DNA of 64,000 bases, taken from assembly GCA_964270895.1 (NCBI GenBank), contig OZ185440.1; one strand, 5' to 3'. Within the stretch, counting starts at the first letter, position 1. Every line of letters starts with the position of its first letter. This document shows positions 63,372 to 64,000 of this stretch, one piece after another. The notes below the pieces were generated by a model. That model made no database searches. It worked only from the letters and a program-made list of their open reading frames with translations, and had not been told where the DNA came from. Made by a program: the position numbers and the translations under genes. The DNA is from Podarcis filfolensis. Its lineage: Eukaryota.

Positions 63372-63461
63372 GCTCTTCAGGTGGCACGGCAGTTCCTTCT
63401 GCAACAGGCAACAGGGCTGACTTCTCCCAGCAGCAATGAAAATAAGCAGCCAGCAGTCCAG
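63372..63461 (+). CDS. FOXP4: FOXP4 second coding exon (90 nt, 30 aa, phase 0/0)
   Basis: Polypyrimidine tract and ctccAG at 63370-63371. Translates to [30 protein letters not shown], the direct continuation of ...HFQQQQ in FOXP4. Donor CAG|GTGAGA after 63461. Absent from the ORF track because it has no start codon. Confidence 0.97.
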
Positions 63462-63773
63462 GTGAGAGGATAAGAGCTTTCTGGCAAAAAGTGCCTCTGA
63501 AAAGCTATGCTTCCTGATGTGATTTTTAAAAACTCACTGCTGATCCTCTGAATCACAAACTTTTGGTTCTTAAATACTATAGTATTAAGATATATTAGTA
63601 TTCCTTATATACCTAATGTTACTGTGGTCTTTGGAGGTATTGCACTATGGTTGTTTCCATTACACAGATGATAATTTAATTTTGTCCCATGTTCCAAGCT
63701 GGTATTTACCTAGTAGGCCACCTTCCATGTCAGTTGATTGATGAGGTTGTCACTCCTGAATACATTCTTGGTG

Positions 63774-63790
63774 TATATATATATATATAT
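63774..63790 (+). repeat. (TA)n microsatellite
   Basis: Read directly from sequence. Confidence 0.9.
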
Positions 63791-64000
63791 TAATTGTGGC
63801 ACCCATACTAAATTTTACATTGCCAAAGCAAGCCAAACAACTATTTAAAGATGCCATTCGAGGTCATATGGCTTAAATACCATTTATAGAACTTTGTACT
63901 TGTTGAGTACATCTGGAGAATTGCACTGAAATTATTTAATTCATTGAGAGTTAATATCGGAGGAAGGCAGAAACATCTGGATTGTATTCTATGATTCTAT

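Overview
Vertebrate genomic DNA, most likely a lacertid lizard (inferred from Sauria SINE, Tigger-type MITEs and squamate L1/L2/PLE repeats). The window is almost entirely intronic sequence of FOXP4 on the + strand. The first coding exon is 37135-37333 (ATG at 37151, [12 protein letters not shown]...LLHFQQQQ). The next coding exon is 63372-63461 ([12 protein letters not shown]...PAVQ), after a 26,038-bp phase-0 intron. No clear CpG-island promoter is visible, so the non-coding first exon is probably upstream of the window or is an AT-rich alternative exon (candidate ending at 14678). The rest is layered transposon sequence, microsatellites, two assembly gaps and several CpG-retaining, motif-dense blocks that look like conserved enhancers. 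Nearly all ORF-track entries are spurious or LINE remnants. The most notable observations are: (i) two short, TSD-flanked Penelope-like insertions carrying a minimal, probably dimer-dependent hammerhead ribozyme, one with an inverted head-to-head structure; (ii) two 242-bp MITEs in inverted orientation bracketing the FOXP4 start-codon exon; (iii) an unclassified repeat pair of about 80 bp, 20 kb apart; (iv) a candidate PBX-HOX/MEIS composite enhancer. Family names come from recall of consensus sequences, not database searches.
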